From positions 97,477 through 161,476 of the forward strand of contig NIVC01000584.1 in the NCBI GenBank assembly GCA_002269645.1: 64,000 bases of DNA, read 5' to 3'. Positions 12,149 to 25,383 of this stretch are shown here, one piece after another. Position numbers and translations under genes: made by a program. This stretch comes from Macrostomum lignano. Lineage: Eukaryota. The notes below the pieces were generated by a model. It was not told where the DNA came from. It did no database searches and was given only the letters and a program-made list of their open reading frames with translations. Each line of letters opens with the position of its first letter. The first letter of the stretch is position 1.

Positions 12149-15100
12149 CTTTTTTTAATGTATATATACAAGCTGTTGAAACTTGTAGAATTTGAACCTG
12201 GGGAATTCTAATCCCCAGAACTATTTTGCATGTATTCTAAAATCTAAAGTCATATTCACACAAAAACTTATTGATCGTTAGGATAGAAGGAAACATAAAA
12301 TAGAGCTAAATTTGTATAAAATTAGGATTTAAGGCAACCATTGATATGGCTAGGGTGCTATGCAGAATGTCAGAAAATGTCTATTTGACTCTAAAACATA
12401 TATTAGCAAACTTTGGCCTCTGCCTATCTCCAAGTCCCTTGGATCTTTGAAACTTCCATCTTCTCTTCTGTCTCCTCTTTTCTCTTTCTCTCCTCTCATT
12501 TCTTCTGTTCTTTCCTCTCTACTCTCCTCTTTTTTCTTGTCTCTTCCCTCATCTCTCTTTTCTCTCATCTTTGCTCTATCAAATCTCCTTTCTCTTCTTT
12601 TTTCTCTGCTCTCTTATCTCTTCTCACTTCTCTTTTCTTGCTTCTCTCTCATCTCTTTTATCTCATGTCTTCTTTTCTCTCTAAGTCAAAAAGTCATTCT
12701 CAAAGGTCTATATATCACATTTATTTAAATTGAATGCAGTTTATATCCTATATACTAAAAATGAGTTGTCTGTATGTATGTGGGTAGGTAAGTATGCAAT
12801 AGATTTCAGAAAAAATGGCTCAACCGATTTTCTTCAAACTTGCACCATTCAATCAGAAATTTTCCTGGGACGGTACATGCATCCTGGTTAAGAAATTGCT
12901 CAATTTTAAAGGGATTAAATATTTGAAAAACATGCTTTTTGCAAAGGTCAAGCAGCTCTTTCGACCTGGAATGCATTGTAAGAATGCTAGAGAAAAAACT
13001 GACTGGCTTAAACATTGCATCACAACAAGTTGAAAACAGTGCCAAAGAAAAGCACACAAGACTTGATTGTAATTGCATAACCATATTGCTAACTTAAATT
13101 GAGACTGATACTGGCTGACTGAGAAATTGATTATGTCATAACTTTCTACTCCAATTGACTTGCTGTAAGAATTAAATTATAATGGCCACAATTCATGTTC
13201 TCCAAATGAAAAGAGATAGCCCAGATGCGAACAGACTGGAATGCTATTATAGTGACCTGGGTTTGAATCTTAGTAGTGCAAAAAGATTTTTTTATTAAAA
13301 CACCTTAAAAACACAAAACTGCTAAACATAAAAGAAGCACAATGTCAAACATAGAAAAGCCACCATGTCAAACATTAAAGAGCCACCATGCCAAACATAA
13401 AATAAGCACTATGTCAAACATATACGTGACTCCATGTCAATGATTAAAAGCCACCATGTCGAACATAGAAGAGCCACTATGTCAAACCTAAACAAGACAC
13501 CACATCTAACATTTAAGAGCCACCATGTCAAACATAAAGAGCCACCATATCAAACATTTAAGAGCCACCATGTCAAACATTTAAGAGCCACCAAGTCAAA
13601 CATTTAAGAGCCACCATGCCAAATATTTAAGAGCCACCATGTCAAACATATATGTGACTTTATGTCAAACTTTAAAGAGCCACCATTTCGAACATTAAAT
13701 AGCCACTTTGTCAAACATTAGAGAACCGCCGTGTCAAACATAAAAGAGCCACCAGGTTAAACATTAAAGAGACACCATGTAAAACATTAAAGAGCCACCG
13801 TGTCAAACATAGAAGAGCCACCATGTCAAACATAAAAGAGCCACCATGTCAGACATTAAAAAGCCACCGTATCAAACATAAAAGAGTTACCATGTAGAAC
13901 AAAAAACAGCCACCATGTCAAACATAGAAGAGCCACCATGTAGAATAATAAATAGCCACCATGAAGAACATTAAAGAGCCACCATATCAAACATTTAAGA
14001 GCCACCATGCCAGACATTAAAAAGCCACCGTATCAAACATAAAAGAGTTACCATGTAGAACATTAAAGAGCCACCATTTCAAACAGTAAAGAGCCACCAC
14101 GTCAAACATAAAAGAGCCACCATGTAGAATATTAAAGAGCCACCATGAAGAACATTAAAGAGCCACCATGTCAAACATTTAAGAGCCACCATGTCAAACA
14201 TTTAAGAGCCACCATCTCAAACATATATGTGACTTTATGTCAAACTTTAAAGAGCCACTATTTTGAACATTAAATAGCCACTTTGTCAAACATTAGAGAG
14301 CCGCCGTGTCAAACATAAAAGAGCTACCAGGTTAAACATTAAAGAGCCACCATGTCAAACATAGAAGAGCCACCATGTCAAACATAAAAGAGCCATCATG
14401 TCAAACATTTAAGAGCCACCAAGTCAAACTTTTAAGAGCCACCATGTCAAACATATATGTGACTTTATGTCAAACTTTAAAGAGCCACTATTTCAAACAT
14501 TAAATAGCCACTTTGTCAAACATTAGAGAGCCGCCATGTCAAACATAAAAGAGCCACCAGGTTAAACATTAAAGAGCCACCATGTCAAACAATAAAGAGC
14601 CACCATGTAAAACATATATGTGACTTTATGTCAAACTTTAAAAAGCCACTATTTCGAACATTAAATAGCCACTTTGTCGAACATTAAAGAGCCACCGTGT
14701 CAAACATAAAGAACCACCATGTTAAACATAGAAGAGCCACCATGTTAGACATTAAAAAGCCACCGTATCAAACATAAAAGAGTTACCATGTAGAACAAAA
14801 AACAGCCACCATGTCGAACATTAAAGAGCCACAATGTAGAATATTAAAGAGCCACCATGAAGAACATTAAAGAGCCACAGTGTCAAACATAAAAGAGCCA
14901 CCATGTCAAACATATAAGAGCCACCATGTCAAACATTTAAGAGCCACCATGTCAGACATTAAAAAGCCACCGTATCAAACATAAAAGAGTTACCATGTAG
15001 AACATTAAAGAGCCACCATTTCAAACAGTAAAAAGCCACCATGTCAAACATAAAAGAGCCACCATGTCAAACATTAAAGAGCCACCATGAAGAACATTAA

Positions 15101-18100
15101 AGAGCCACCATGTCAAACATTAAAAAGCCACCATGTCAAACATTTAAGAGCCACCATCTCAAACATATATGTGACTGTTTGTCAAACTTTAAAGAGCCAC
15201 TATTTCGAACATTAAATAGCCACTTTGTCAAACATTAGAGAGCCGCTGTGTCAAACATAAAAGAGCCACCAGGTTAAACATTAAAGAGCCACCATGTCAA
15301 ACATAGAAGAGCCACCATGTAAAACATAAAAGAGCCACCATGTCAGACATTAAAAGCCACCGTGTCAAACATAAAAGGGCCACCAGGTTAAACATTAATG
15401 AGCCACCATGTCAAACAATAAAGAGCCACCATGTTGAACATAAAAGAGCTACCATGTCAAACATTTAAGAGCTACCATGTCAAACATTTAAGAGCTACCA
15501 TGTCAAACATTTAAGAGCTACCATGTCAAACATAAAAGAGCCACCATGTCAAACATAAAAGAGTGACCATGTCAAACAATTAAAAGCCACTTTGTCTAAC
15601 ATTAAAGAGCCACCATTTCAATCATAAAAGAGCCACCATGTCAAACATAAAAGAGCCACCATGTCAAACAATAAAAAGCCACTTTGTCTAACATTAAAGA
15701 GCCACCATGTCAAACATTAAAAAGCCACCATGTCAAACATAAAAGAGCCATCATATCAAACATTAAAGAGCCACTTTGTCTAACATAAAAGAGCCACCAT
15801 GTCAAACATAAAAAAGCCACCATTTCAAACATTAAAAAGCCACCATGTCAAACATAAAAGAGCCACCATGTCAAACATAAAAGAGCCACCATGTCAAACA
15901 TAGAAGAGCCACCATGTCAGATATTGAAAAGCCACTGTATCAAACATAAAAGAGCCACCATGTCAACATAAATGAGCCACCATGTCAACATAAAAGAGCC
16001 ACCATGTCAAACAATAAAGAGCCACCATGTCAAACATAAAAGATACACAATTTCAAACGTAAAAGTAAGCGAATTTTAAAGGAGCCACTATAATGCTAAG
16101 GAAATTGTCGCACTAGCTATTTATTGTCTGGTGGATGCTTGCTATTTGGGGATGCTATCTATCTGGGGGATGCTTGCTATCTGGGGGATGCTTGCTATCT
16201 GGGGGAAGCTTGCTATCTTGGGGATGCTTGCTATCTGGGGGATGCTTACTATCTGGGGTCTGGGGGAATGCTTGCTATCTGGGGGATGCTTGCTATCTGG
16301 GGGATGCTTGCGATCTGGGAGATGCTTGCTATCTAGGGGATGCTTGCTATCTGGGGGATGCTTGCTATCTGGGGGATGCTTGCTATCCGGGGGATGCTTG
16401 CAATCTGGGGGATGCTTGCTATCTGGGGGATGCTTGCTGTCTTGGGATGATTTCTTTTTGCATTGCACTTCATTTAAGTATTTTGTCTTTTTTCTTTGTG
16501 ATTGTGAATGCTTTATTTGGCTATCTTTTTGTTACTTGTAGAGAGCAGAGATTCTATACAAATATTCTATAATGGGGGGCGAAGATTGCTAGTATATTGA
16601 CTAATACCATGACATTATTTTGGAATAATTAATAATATATATAATTGTTTTTTTCAATATTGCCAATTTCGACTACATTGTACCCTAAAGAAGCTATACA
16701 TAGATAGCCATTTAATAGCAACAAAGATAAATATGAGTTTAAAGACCTATATAAATACTTTGTAGATCCAAATAAATATTAAGATTTAAGAAAAAATTTA
16801 TAAGATAACAAATGAAAAGTAGCATTGTCCTACTAAGAAGGGTCATTAGCTATACTTATACAGGCTGACTTTGCCTTGTCTTTTTGTTGAATATTTTACT
16901 TTTTTATGTTTATAACAAACTGGATTAGTGGCATAAAGTAGGGAAGGCAAGAGGCCAATATATGCAAGGCTAGGCAAGAGGCCAGGAATGCAAAGACCAT
17001 ATATAAATACTGCATATAAGTGGAGTGAGAGCAGAAGGGGAGAGGCTAGGTGGGGCTAAGCCATGCAAGACTGTAGGGGGCAAAACAGCCATAGAGAAAG
17101 AAAGGGGAAGGCTTGCCAATTAAAGGCATTTGCAGCAAGAGACCTGATTAGATTAGTCCAAAAAGAAAGAAACAAAAAAGATGCTAGTCAATGAAAATGA
17201 AAACAAAAAAAATATCTTTGTTATTTGAGTCTATAACCCAAGATATTTAAAAAGATTCCCTTTTAAAGTGGCAATATTTATTTTTAGTGATCTATCTTTC
17301 TGCCCTTATCCATGAAATAAAGGGCTCCAATGGTCTTTAAGTCTTAGTTATTAAGTAGATGACAATGATTGAGTACATTGCACTATGGCAATTAAAATAA
17401 GTGTTTGAATATATGCCATTAGGGTCCACTCTTTAGAAACTTAGTTCTAGTTCTCTCAAAAAAACTGAGCTTATTCTTATCCAAGCTTTAAAAATAGGCA
17501 CTCAGTTTGAGTGAGTTTATCATTTGCAAAAACTTATAGACTTAGTCAATCGTCCATCAGGCTGCTATTGTCACAAATGCCTAGGTGTATAGACTTTTCC
17601 ATTTTGCTGATATTAGTTGCCCACCTATCTACTTACTATTTTATCTTGCTGATATCATGGGCTTATGGTTGCCATGAGCAATGCAAAGTTGACTAGGTGG
17701 ATATTTGCCACTTTGTTTCATAGAGCTTCAAAGTTTATAAAGTTACACCTCAGTCCTTCAGTGAACTGCACCCCTCCAGCCCTTCAGTGAACTGCACCCC
17801 TCCAGCCCTTCAGTGAACTGCACCCCTCCAGCTCTTCAGTGAACTGCACCCAACAGTCCTTCAGTAAACTGCACCCCTCCAGCCCCTCAGTGAACTGCAC
17901 CCCTCCAGCCCTTCAGTGAACTGCACCCCTCCAGCTCTTCAGTGAACTGCACCCAACAGTCCTTCAGTAAACTGCACCCCTCCAGCCCTTCAGTAAACTG
18001 CACCCCTCCAGCCCTTCAGTGAACTGCACCCCTCCAGCCCTTCAGTGAACTGCACCCCTCCAGCCCTTCAGTGAACTGCACCCCTCCAGCTCTTCAGTGA

Positions 18101-21100
18101 ACTGCACCCAACAGTCCTTCAGTAAACTGCACCCCTCCAGCCCTTCAGTGAACTGCACCCCTCCAATCCTTCAGTGAACTGCACCCAACAGTCCTTCAGT
18201 AAACTGCACCCCTCCAGCCCTTCAGTGAACTGCACCCCTCCAATCCTTCAGTGAACTGCACCCCTTTAGTCCTTCAGTGAACTGCACCCCTCCAGCTCTT
18301 CAGTGAACTGCACCCAACAGTCCTTCAGTAAACTGCACCCCTCCAGCCCTTCAGTGAACTGCACCCCTCCAATCCTTCAGTGAACTGCACCCCTTTAGTC
18401 CTTCAGTGAACTGCACCCCTTCACTGTAGCAAGCTTATTTAACCTTTGTGACCCAAAATTCTACAGCTTGATGTTAATATTAAAAGGTCTTTAATCCTGA
18501 ATCCTCACACAGTGATCGCTCTGGCCGGCTTAGCATCCGTCCTGGACTCGGATTATCTCCGGGCTGCGTGCGCCAATCTCGTGTCTGTGCTCATGGCTTA
18601 TTATTCCTATCGTAGCAGCTGTGAGCTGGTTCGGGCGGCCGGTGCGGCGGCCTTGCTGAGCTCGCCCGATCCGCCTGGCGACAGGCACAGCGGTGGCGGA
18701 ACCCTCGGCCTGGTGCTGTACTGCAACAGTCAGCTGCTCACCGCACTGCTGCTCTCCCGCTGCCTGCTTGCCGACTTGCCCAACCGACTGCAGCGGCTAC
18801 TTCGAGTAGTCATGTTCGCCTTTCTGCAGCTGCCGCTCATATTCACCTGTGTGGGCGCTCCCGACCCCCTGCTGAGCCGCAGCCCCATGCTGTCTGTGTG
18901 CCCAGCTGCCTGCCTCATCAATGCCCAATTGTTGGGCAACGCTGACCGGCTGGTTGGCCAGAGTGTGCGAGCTGTGCGAAATCTGTGCAGGCAGGCTCGC
19001 GCTCTGGGCCTTGAGGTTTGTTGCTGAGCGGCTGCAGTGCCGCGTTTGTTGGGTTCGGGAAAGGTTCAGCAAGAGTCGATTTGTGTAGCTTTATTTGTCT
19101 GTCTGTCTGTCTTAATTTCTTAATGTCTGTCCCTGTCTGTCGGTCGGTAAATCTGTGTCTGTTTGTTTGTCTGTCTTTCTGTTTGTCCATCTGTCTGACT
19201 GTCTGTTTGTCCGTCTGTTTGTTTGTCCATCTGTCTGTCTGTCAGTCTCTTTGTCCATCTGTCTGTTAGTCTGTTTGTCCATCTGTCTGTCTGTATGTCC
19301 GTGTCTGTTTACTTGATGTCTGTCTTCTGTCTGTCTATGTAGTCTTTCTGTCTCCTACGAGGAACTCGAAATCCCGAGACCCGAGTCGATATTTGAGATT
19401 GAGACCATTACTCGTATTTGCACCTGTCGAGTTGTTATTTGTTTGTTTGACTGTCCGTGTAGCGTAGGCCCGTGTTCGCATCCGGGTCAGTGGAATGGCC
19501 ATGGTTGATTGTGAATTCGCTAATTGCAGATAAAAATAATATTTGCATCGAATATTTTGCGTAGACCTACTTATTAGTAAGTAGTCTGTATCGTTTCTGA
19601 CGCTTTTCATTTGATTTTGTCTGTCCAACAGGGCGTCATCGAGCAGCACTGGGCCCGGCTGCGAGTTCCTCTGCTGCTTCGCGTATTCTGGCTATTGAAA
19701 GCCGCCTATTACCTGGTTACTATGCTGTTGCTACCCGCTGAGGCTGGCGGCGGCGAGTCTCCGACTTTGATTGGCGCCCTGCAGGCGGCCACGCTGGGCC
19801 GCGGCTCGGAGAACCTGCTGTCCCTGCTGGGCATGACGGCCGTCATCAGCTGGCTGTCGCAGCTCATTGTGCTCTGCTTCGCCAAGTTTATCAGCCTTCA
19901 CGACTACGAGGAGTGGCAGTACGGCACCGTGTCGGCCATGCTGTTCTTCCTGCTGGCTCTGCAGGCTGGCATCACCGGCTTGCCGGCCGACGACAGAGTG
20001 AGCCGGCTGTACCGCAATCTGTGCCTGATGGTGTCCGCTCTGTTGCACTTTGTGCACAATATGTGCCAGCAGGTCTGTGTCCGTGCCTTGTTCTGTGTGC
20101 TTTCCGAATGCTTTTAATCAGTAGGAGCCAAATTGGAAGGCTTGGGGATTATGTTGAAATAGTGGGGTGTTAACTTAGATTGCATTAGGTGCTAAAATAG
20201 AATGCATTAGTGCCAAATTAGAATGTATTAGGTGCCAAATAAAAAAGCATTAGATGCCAATTAAGAATATATTAGGTGCCAAATTAGAATGCATTAGGTG
20301 CCAAATAAGAATATATTAGGTGCCAAATTAGAATGCATTAGGTGCTAAATTAGTATGCATTAAGTGCTAAATTAGAAAAACCCATTAGGTACCAAATAAG
20401 AATATATTAGGTGCTAAATTAGAATGCATTAGGTGCTAAATTAGAATGCATTAGGTGCTAAATTAGAAAAACCCATTAGGTAACAAATTAGGTGCCAAAT
20501 AAAAAGCATTAGATGCCAAATAAGAATATATTAGGCGCTAAATCAAAATGCATTACGGGCCAAATAAGAATTCATTAGGTGCCAACTTAGAATGCATTAG
20601 GGGCCAACTTAGAATGCATTACGTGCCAACTTAGAATGCATTAGGGGCCAAATAAGAATGCATTAGTTGCCAACTTAGAATGCATTAGGTGCCAACTTAG
20701 AATGCATTAGGGGCCAAATAAGAATGCATTAGGTGCCAACTTAGAATGCATTAGGTGCCAACTTAGAATGCATTAGGGGCCAAATAAGAATTCATTAGGT
20801 GCCAACTTAGAATGCATTAGGGGCCAAATAAGAATGCATTAGGTGCCAACTTAGAATGCATTAGGTGCCAACTTAGAATGTATTAGGTGCCAAATAAAAA
20901 AGCATTAGATGCCAAATAAGAATATACGAGTATTAGGCGCTAAATCAAAATGCATTAGGGGCCAAATAAGAATGCATTAGGTGCCAACTTATAATGCATT
21001 AGGGGCCAAATAAGAATGCATTAGCTGCCAACTTAGAATGCATTAGGTGCCAACTTAAAATGCATTAGGTGCCAACTTAGAATGCATTAGGTGCCAACTT

Positions 21101-23222
21101 AGAATGCATTAGGGGCCAACTTAGAATGCATTACGTGCCAACTTAGAATGCATTAGGGGCCAAATAAGAATGCATTAGTTGCCAACTTAGAATGCATTAG
21201 GTGCCAACTTAGAATGCATTAGGTGCCAACTTAGAATGCATTAGGGGCCAAATAAGAATGCATTAGGTGCCAACTTAGAATGCATTAGGTGCCAACTTAG
21301 AATGCATTAGGGGCCAAATAAGAATTCATTAGGTGCCAACTTAGAATGCATTAGGGGCCAAATAAGAATGCATTAGGTGCCAACTTAGAATGCATTAGGT
21401 GCCAACTTAGAATGCATTAGGGGCCAAATAAGAATTCATTAGGTGCCAACTTAGAATGCATTAGGGGCCAAATACGAGCTAAGAATGCATTAGGTGCCAA
21501 CTTGGAATGCATTAGGTGCCAACTTAGAATGCATTAGGTGCCAACTTAGAATGTATTAGGTGCCAAATAAAAAAGCATTAGATGCCAAATAAGAATATAC
21601 GAGTATTAGGCGCTAAATCAAAATGCATTAGGGGCCAAATAAGAATGCATTAGGTGCCAACTTATAATGCATTAGGGGCCAAATAAGAATACATTAGGGG
21701 CCAAATAAGAATGCATTAGTTGCCAACTTAGAATGCATTAGGTGCCAACTTAGAATGCATTAGGTGCCAACTTAGAATGCATTAGGGGCCAAATAAGAAT
21801 GCATTAGGTGCCAACTTAGAATGCATTAGGGGCCAAATAAGAATTCATTAGGTGCCAACTTAGAATGCATTAGGTGCCAACTTAGAATGCATTAGGTGCC
21901 AACTTAGAATGCATTAGGTGCCAACTTATAATGCATTAGGGGCCAAATAAGAATGCATTAGGTGCCAACTTAGAATGCATTAGGTGCCAACTTATAATGC
22001 ATTAGGGGCCAAATAAGAATGCATTAGGTGCCAACTTAGAATGCATTAGGTGCCAACTTAGAATGCATTAGGTGCCAACTTAGAATGCATTAGGGGCCAA
22101 ATAAGAATGCATTAGGTGCCAACTTAGAATGCATTAGGTGCCAACTTAGAATGCATTAGGTGCCAACTTAGAATGCATTAGGTGCCAACTTATAATGCAT
22201 TAGGGGCCAAATAAGAATGCATTAGGTGCCAACTTAGAATGCATTAGGTGCCAACTTATAATGCATTAGGGGCCAAATAAGAATGCATTAGGTGCCAACT
22301 TAGATAAATGCATTGTTAGGTGCCAAATTAATATAAAGGCATTATGTGCTAAATTAGATGAATGCATTAGGTGCCAAATTGAAAAAATGCATTAAGAGCC
22401 AATCCTCGAGTGTAAAGTTATATAAGTAAATATACGAGAACCCCCGGTTTTACCACAATCGCCAACCCCAGGTGATGCAGCGAGTCGCCTCAGCCCCCGC
22501 CGGTGTCCCGCTCAGCGTGCACCTTCGCGTCCTCTCCCTGTGCCTGTTCCTCCTGCTGAGTCCCATGGCCTTCCTGTACGTGCTGTGGACCAGCTACGAG
22601 GCGGGGGCCTGGATCCTCGCCGTCACCGCCTTCTCCGTGGAGGTGCTGTTCAAAGTGCTCTTCACCCTCCTGCTGTACGCCGCATCCATGCTGGAGGCCT
22701 GGCGGGAGGGCACCTTCGAGGATTTGGACGAGACTCTGTACTACATCCGCGGCGCCAGCAATGTCGTGGAGTTCGTGTTCGGCATCTTCCTGTTCTTCAA
22801 CGGCGGCTACATCTTCATATTCGAGTCTGGAGGCATTATCCGCGGCGTGATGCTGCTCATTCACGCCTACTTCAATATTTGGCAGCAGGCCGCTAATGGC
22901 TTGCAGGTGAGGCTTGGCTGGTAGCTGAGGACACGGATGTTCTACTGACGGAAATTCCAGAATTGCTGGCAGTGTTTTAGCTGCTTTTAAATTCAACGTT
23001 AGAAGTATAGTGTTGAACAGCATTATGTAAACAGACAAACAGACACCGACAGAGCCATATTCACACCAACATAGACGGACAACAGGCAATAAAACAGGCA
23101 TTTTTAGATTTAGAGGCTGACAGACAGAAAAACAGACTAACAGACCGACAGACAGATAGAAAGAAGGCACTAAGACAGACAGACAGACAGACAAACAAAC
23201 AAAGAGACACAGTCAGACAGAC

Positions 23223-23281
<59 letters not shown>

Positions 23282-23314
23282 AAGAGACACAGACAGACAG
23301 ACAAACAAAGAGAC

Positions 23315-23353
<39 letters not shown>

Positions 23354-23360
23354 AAGAGAC

Positions 23361-23421
<61 letters not shown>

Positions 23422-23796
23422 TACAGATAGACAGATACAGTCAGACAGACAGACAGACACAGTCAGACAGACAAGCACAGACACACAGACAGATACAGAT
23501 AGACAGACAGACAGACACAGTCAGACAGACAGACAGACAGCTGTCCCTGCCCTCTCCGGTGTCCGCAGGCGCTCCGAAACCGGTGGCTGTCGCTGGCCCG
23601 GCTGCACAGCTTGTCCCCGGCCAGCGAGGAGCTGCTGCAGTCCATGGGCGACGTGTGCGCCATCTGCTACAGCGACCTGCAGCACCGTGACTGCCGGGTG
23701 ACGCCCTGCCGCCATGTGTTCCACTCCGCCTGCATTCGCCGCTGGATCGCCGTCAGCATGGACTGTCCGATGTGCCACCAGGCCATGTTCACCTGA
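8528..23796 (+). CDS. RNF139/TRC8- or RNF145-like multi-pass ER membrane RING-H2 E3 ubiquitin ligase, ~651 aa
   Basis: Exons 8528-8876, 18513-19015, 19632-20072, 22472-22906, 23569-23796, all GT-AG with compatible phases (total 1956 nt). TRC8_N motifs [30 protein letters not shown] and [21 protein letters not shown]; C-terminal RING CAICY...[13 protein letters not shown]...CPMCH. Cannot separate RNF139 from RNF145 by eye. Confidence 0.85.
9149..10985. repeat. Dispersed/tandem ~150-bp repeat with internal hairpin; copies ~9149-9310, ~10645-10882 and inverted 10909-10985
   Basis: Shared ggatcctatatatccacttcggtttacgatcatttaaat...taaatgat.gtgaaccgaagctagccatgtat.gagatag. Confidence 0.8.
9720..10240. 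repeat. 178-bp tandem repeat, ~3 copies
   Basis: Unit starts at 9720, 9898 and 10076. Confidence 0.9.
11543..12076. mobile_element. MITE, 534 bp, ~24-bp TIRs, apparent ATA TSD
   Basis: tagtccactttggcgacaaac at the left and gtttgttgccaaagtggactg at the right, both flanked by ATA; subterminal repeats inverted. Confidence 0.7.
12430..12680. repeat. CT-rich low-complexity tract
   Basis: Near-pure pyrimidine tract; produces spurious Ser/Leu/Phe ORFs. Confidence 0.85.
12746..13000 (+). mobile_element. 5' end of a non-autonomous Helitron-like element
   Basis: A|TCCTATATACTAAAAATGAG-TTGTCTGTATGTATG...AAATGGCTCAACCGATTTTCTTCAAACTTG, typical of Helitron-N 5' ends. 3' end not identified. Confidence 0.5.
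13330..16050. repeat. 2.7-kb 22-24-bp minisatellite (aaagagccaccatgtcaaacatt) with higher-order blocks
   Basis: Direct reading; a variant block atatgtgactttatgtcaaacttt...aatagccactttg recurs. Confidence 0.95.
16130..16445. repeat. 18-bp minisatellite (gggggatgcttgctatct)
   Basis: Tandem units. Confidence 0.95.
17750..18425. repeat. 26-bp minisatellite (ccttcagtgaactgcacccctccagc)
   Basis: Tandem units ending ~90 bp before the exon 2 acceptor. Confidence 0.95.
19090..19345. repeat. Degenerate (CTGT)n microsatellite, intronic
   Basis: Direct reading. Confidence 0.9.
20180..22400. repeat. 22-bp minisatellite (aggtgccaacttagaatgcatt), intronic
   Basis: Tandem units filling most of intron 3 of the E3 ligase gene. 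Confidence 0.95.
23030..23540. repeat. (ACAG)n microsatellite, intronic
   Basis: Direct reading. Confidence 0.95.
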
Positions 23797-24149
23797 CAAT
23801 TGATGCTCTGCGAACTGCCGACCCAACCCGCGTGTCCTCATCTGGGCTTTCGTTGCTAGGAGAACATAATAACAGAGATGCTGCCTAAATATTTTTGTTT
23901 TAATGATGCCAATGTCTTGCAGTGCATCTGACTGTATAGTTCGTGTTTCGAGTGTTTAAGTATCTGGTTTTTATTTTTCGTGTGTTCAGTTTTGCGATGT
24001 TTTGCAGGTTTCATTTTTTCTGTCACTTTTGCCTTTAGTTAAAATCTGCGATAGGATCTTGTCCCGCATTCTTGCTTTGCATCGCAAACTCTTATTTGTA
24101 AAAAACTGTTTACGATGCCCAACAGTAGTTAAAGAAGTCTGTCACTCTG

Positions 24150-24480
24150 CATATCGGTAGCTATAGAAATGTGTTACACTACATATCGGTGGCTAGAGAA
24201 TTGTGCTTCACTACGTGTCGGTAGCTAGAGAAGTATGTTACACTACATATCGGTAGCTAGAGAAGTGTGTTACACTACATGTCAGTAGCTAGAGAAGTGT
24301 GTTACACTACATATCGGTTGCTAGAGAAGTGTGTTACACTACATATCGGTTGCTAGAGAAGTATGTTACACTACATATCGGTAGCTAGAGAAGTGTGTTA
24401 CACTGCATGTCAGTAGCTAGAGAAGTGTGTTACACTACATATCGGTTGCTAGAGAAGTGTGTTACAATTCATATCGGTAG
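24150..24480. repeat. 32-bp minisatellite (gctagagaagtgtgttacactacatatcggta)
   Basis: Tandem units downstream of the E3 ligase stop. Confidence 0.9.
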
Positions 24481-24929
24481 CTGAAAATTGATAAAGTATT
24501 GGTAGCTACAGATGTGTACTATGTTCATATTAATTCTGACTCGTACTTCCGATTAGTTGTGATATTTAGCTTCCCAAATTCTGCGCTGAACCAAAAATGC
24601 CTAGTTCAGGATTTCATTATTGCCGAAATTTGGTTAATTCCATTTAATAATTTTATATATCGGATTATCTAACTCTAAGTGCGTTTTTTATTTGCTACTT
24701 GTGCCTGCGGACCCAGATTCGATTCTAGTTCTAGCAGTGCGCTGCACACGTATGCTGGAGGAACATTGCATATATTGCTGTGAACTTGCTGAATACAATG
24801 CGTCTTTTGATAAGTTCACTACACCGCTCACTGAGTGTGAATTTTTGCAGCTGCTTCATTTCCTGTTGTTCTTTCTGCTGTCAATAGCTAGTCCTGCTTT
24901 TCTACTTGGATATTTCTTGCGGCTTTGAT

Positions 24930-25213
24930 GTCCGTCTGTCTGCCTGTGTGTCTGTCTGTCTGTCTGCCTGTGTGTCTGTCTGTCTGTCTGCCTGTCTGTC
25001 TGTCTGCCTGTCTGTCTGCCCGTCTGTCTGCCTGTCTGTGTGTCTGTCTGTCTGTCTGCCCATCTGTTTGTCTGTCTGTCTGCCTGTCTGTCTGCCCGTC
25101 TGTCTGTCTGTCTGTCTGCCTGTCTGTCTGCCCGTCTGTCTGTCTGTCTGTCTGTCTGCCTGTCTGTCTGCCTGTCTGTCTGCCCGTCTGTCTGTCCGTC
25201 TGTCCGTCTGTCT

Positions 25214-25265
<52 letters not shown>
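24930..25265. repeat. (CTGT)n microsatellite
   Basis: Direct reading. Confidence 0.95.
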
Positions 25266-25266
<1 letters not shown>

Positions 25267-25383
25267 GGCTGTCTAATAACTTTATAAAATTCAGTTTAGT
25301 ACGGTCTCGTACGTTTTTCTGTTCTAATAATTATTTTGTTTTCTTCTGACCCTGCTTCTAAAAGCAGCAGCAGCAGCAGCAGC

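Noticed and set aside
12350-12733. Hydrophobic or charged ORFs
   Set aside because: They are translations of a CT-rich low-complexity tract.
23061-25349. CLSV- and QTDR-type ORFs
   Set aside because: They are translations of (CTGT)n / (ACAG)n microsatellites.
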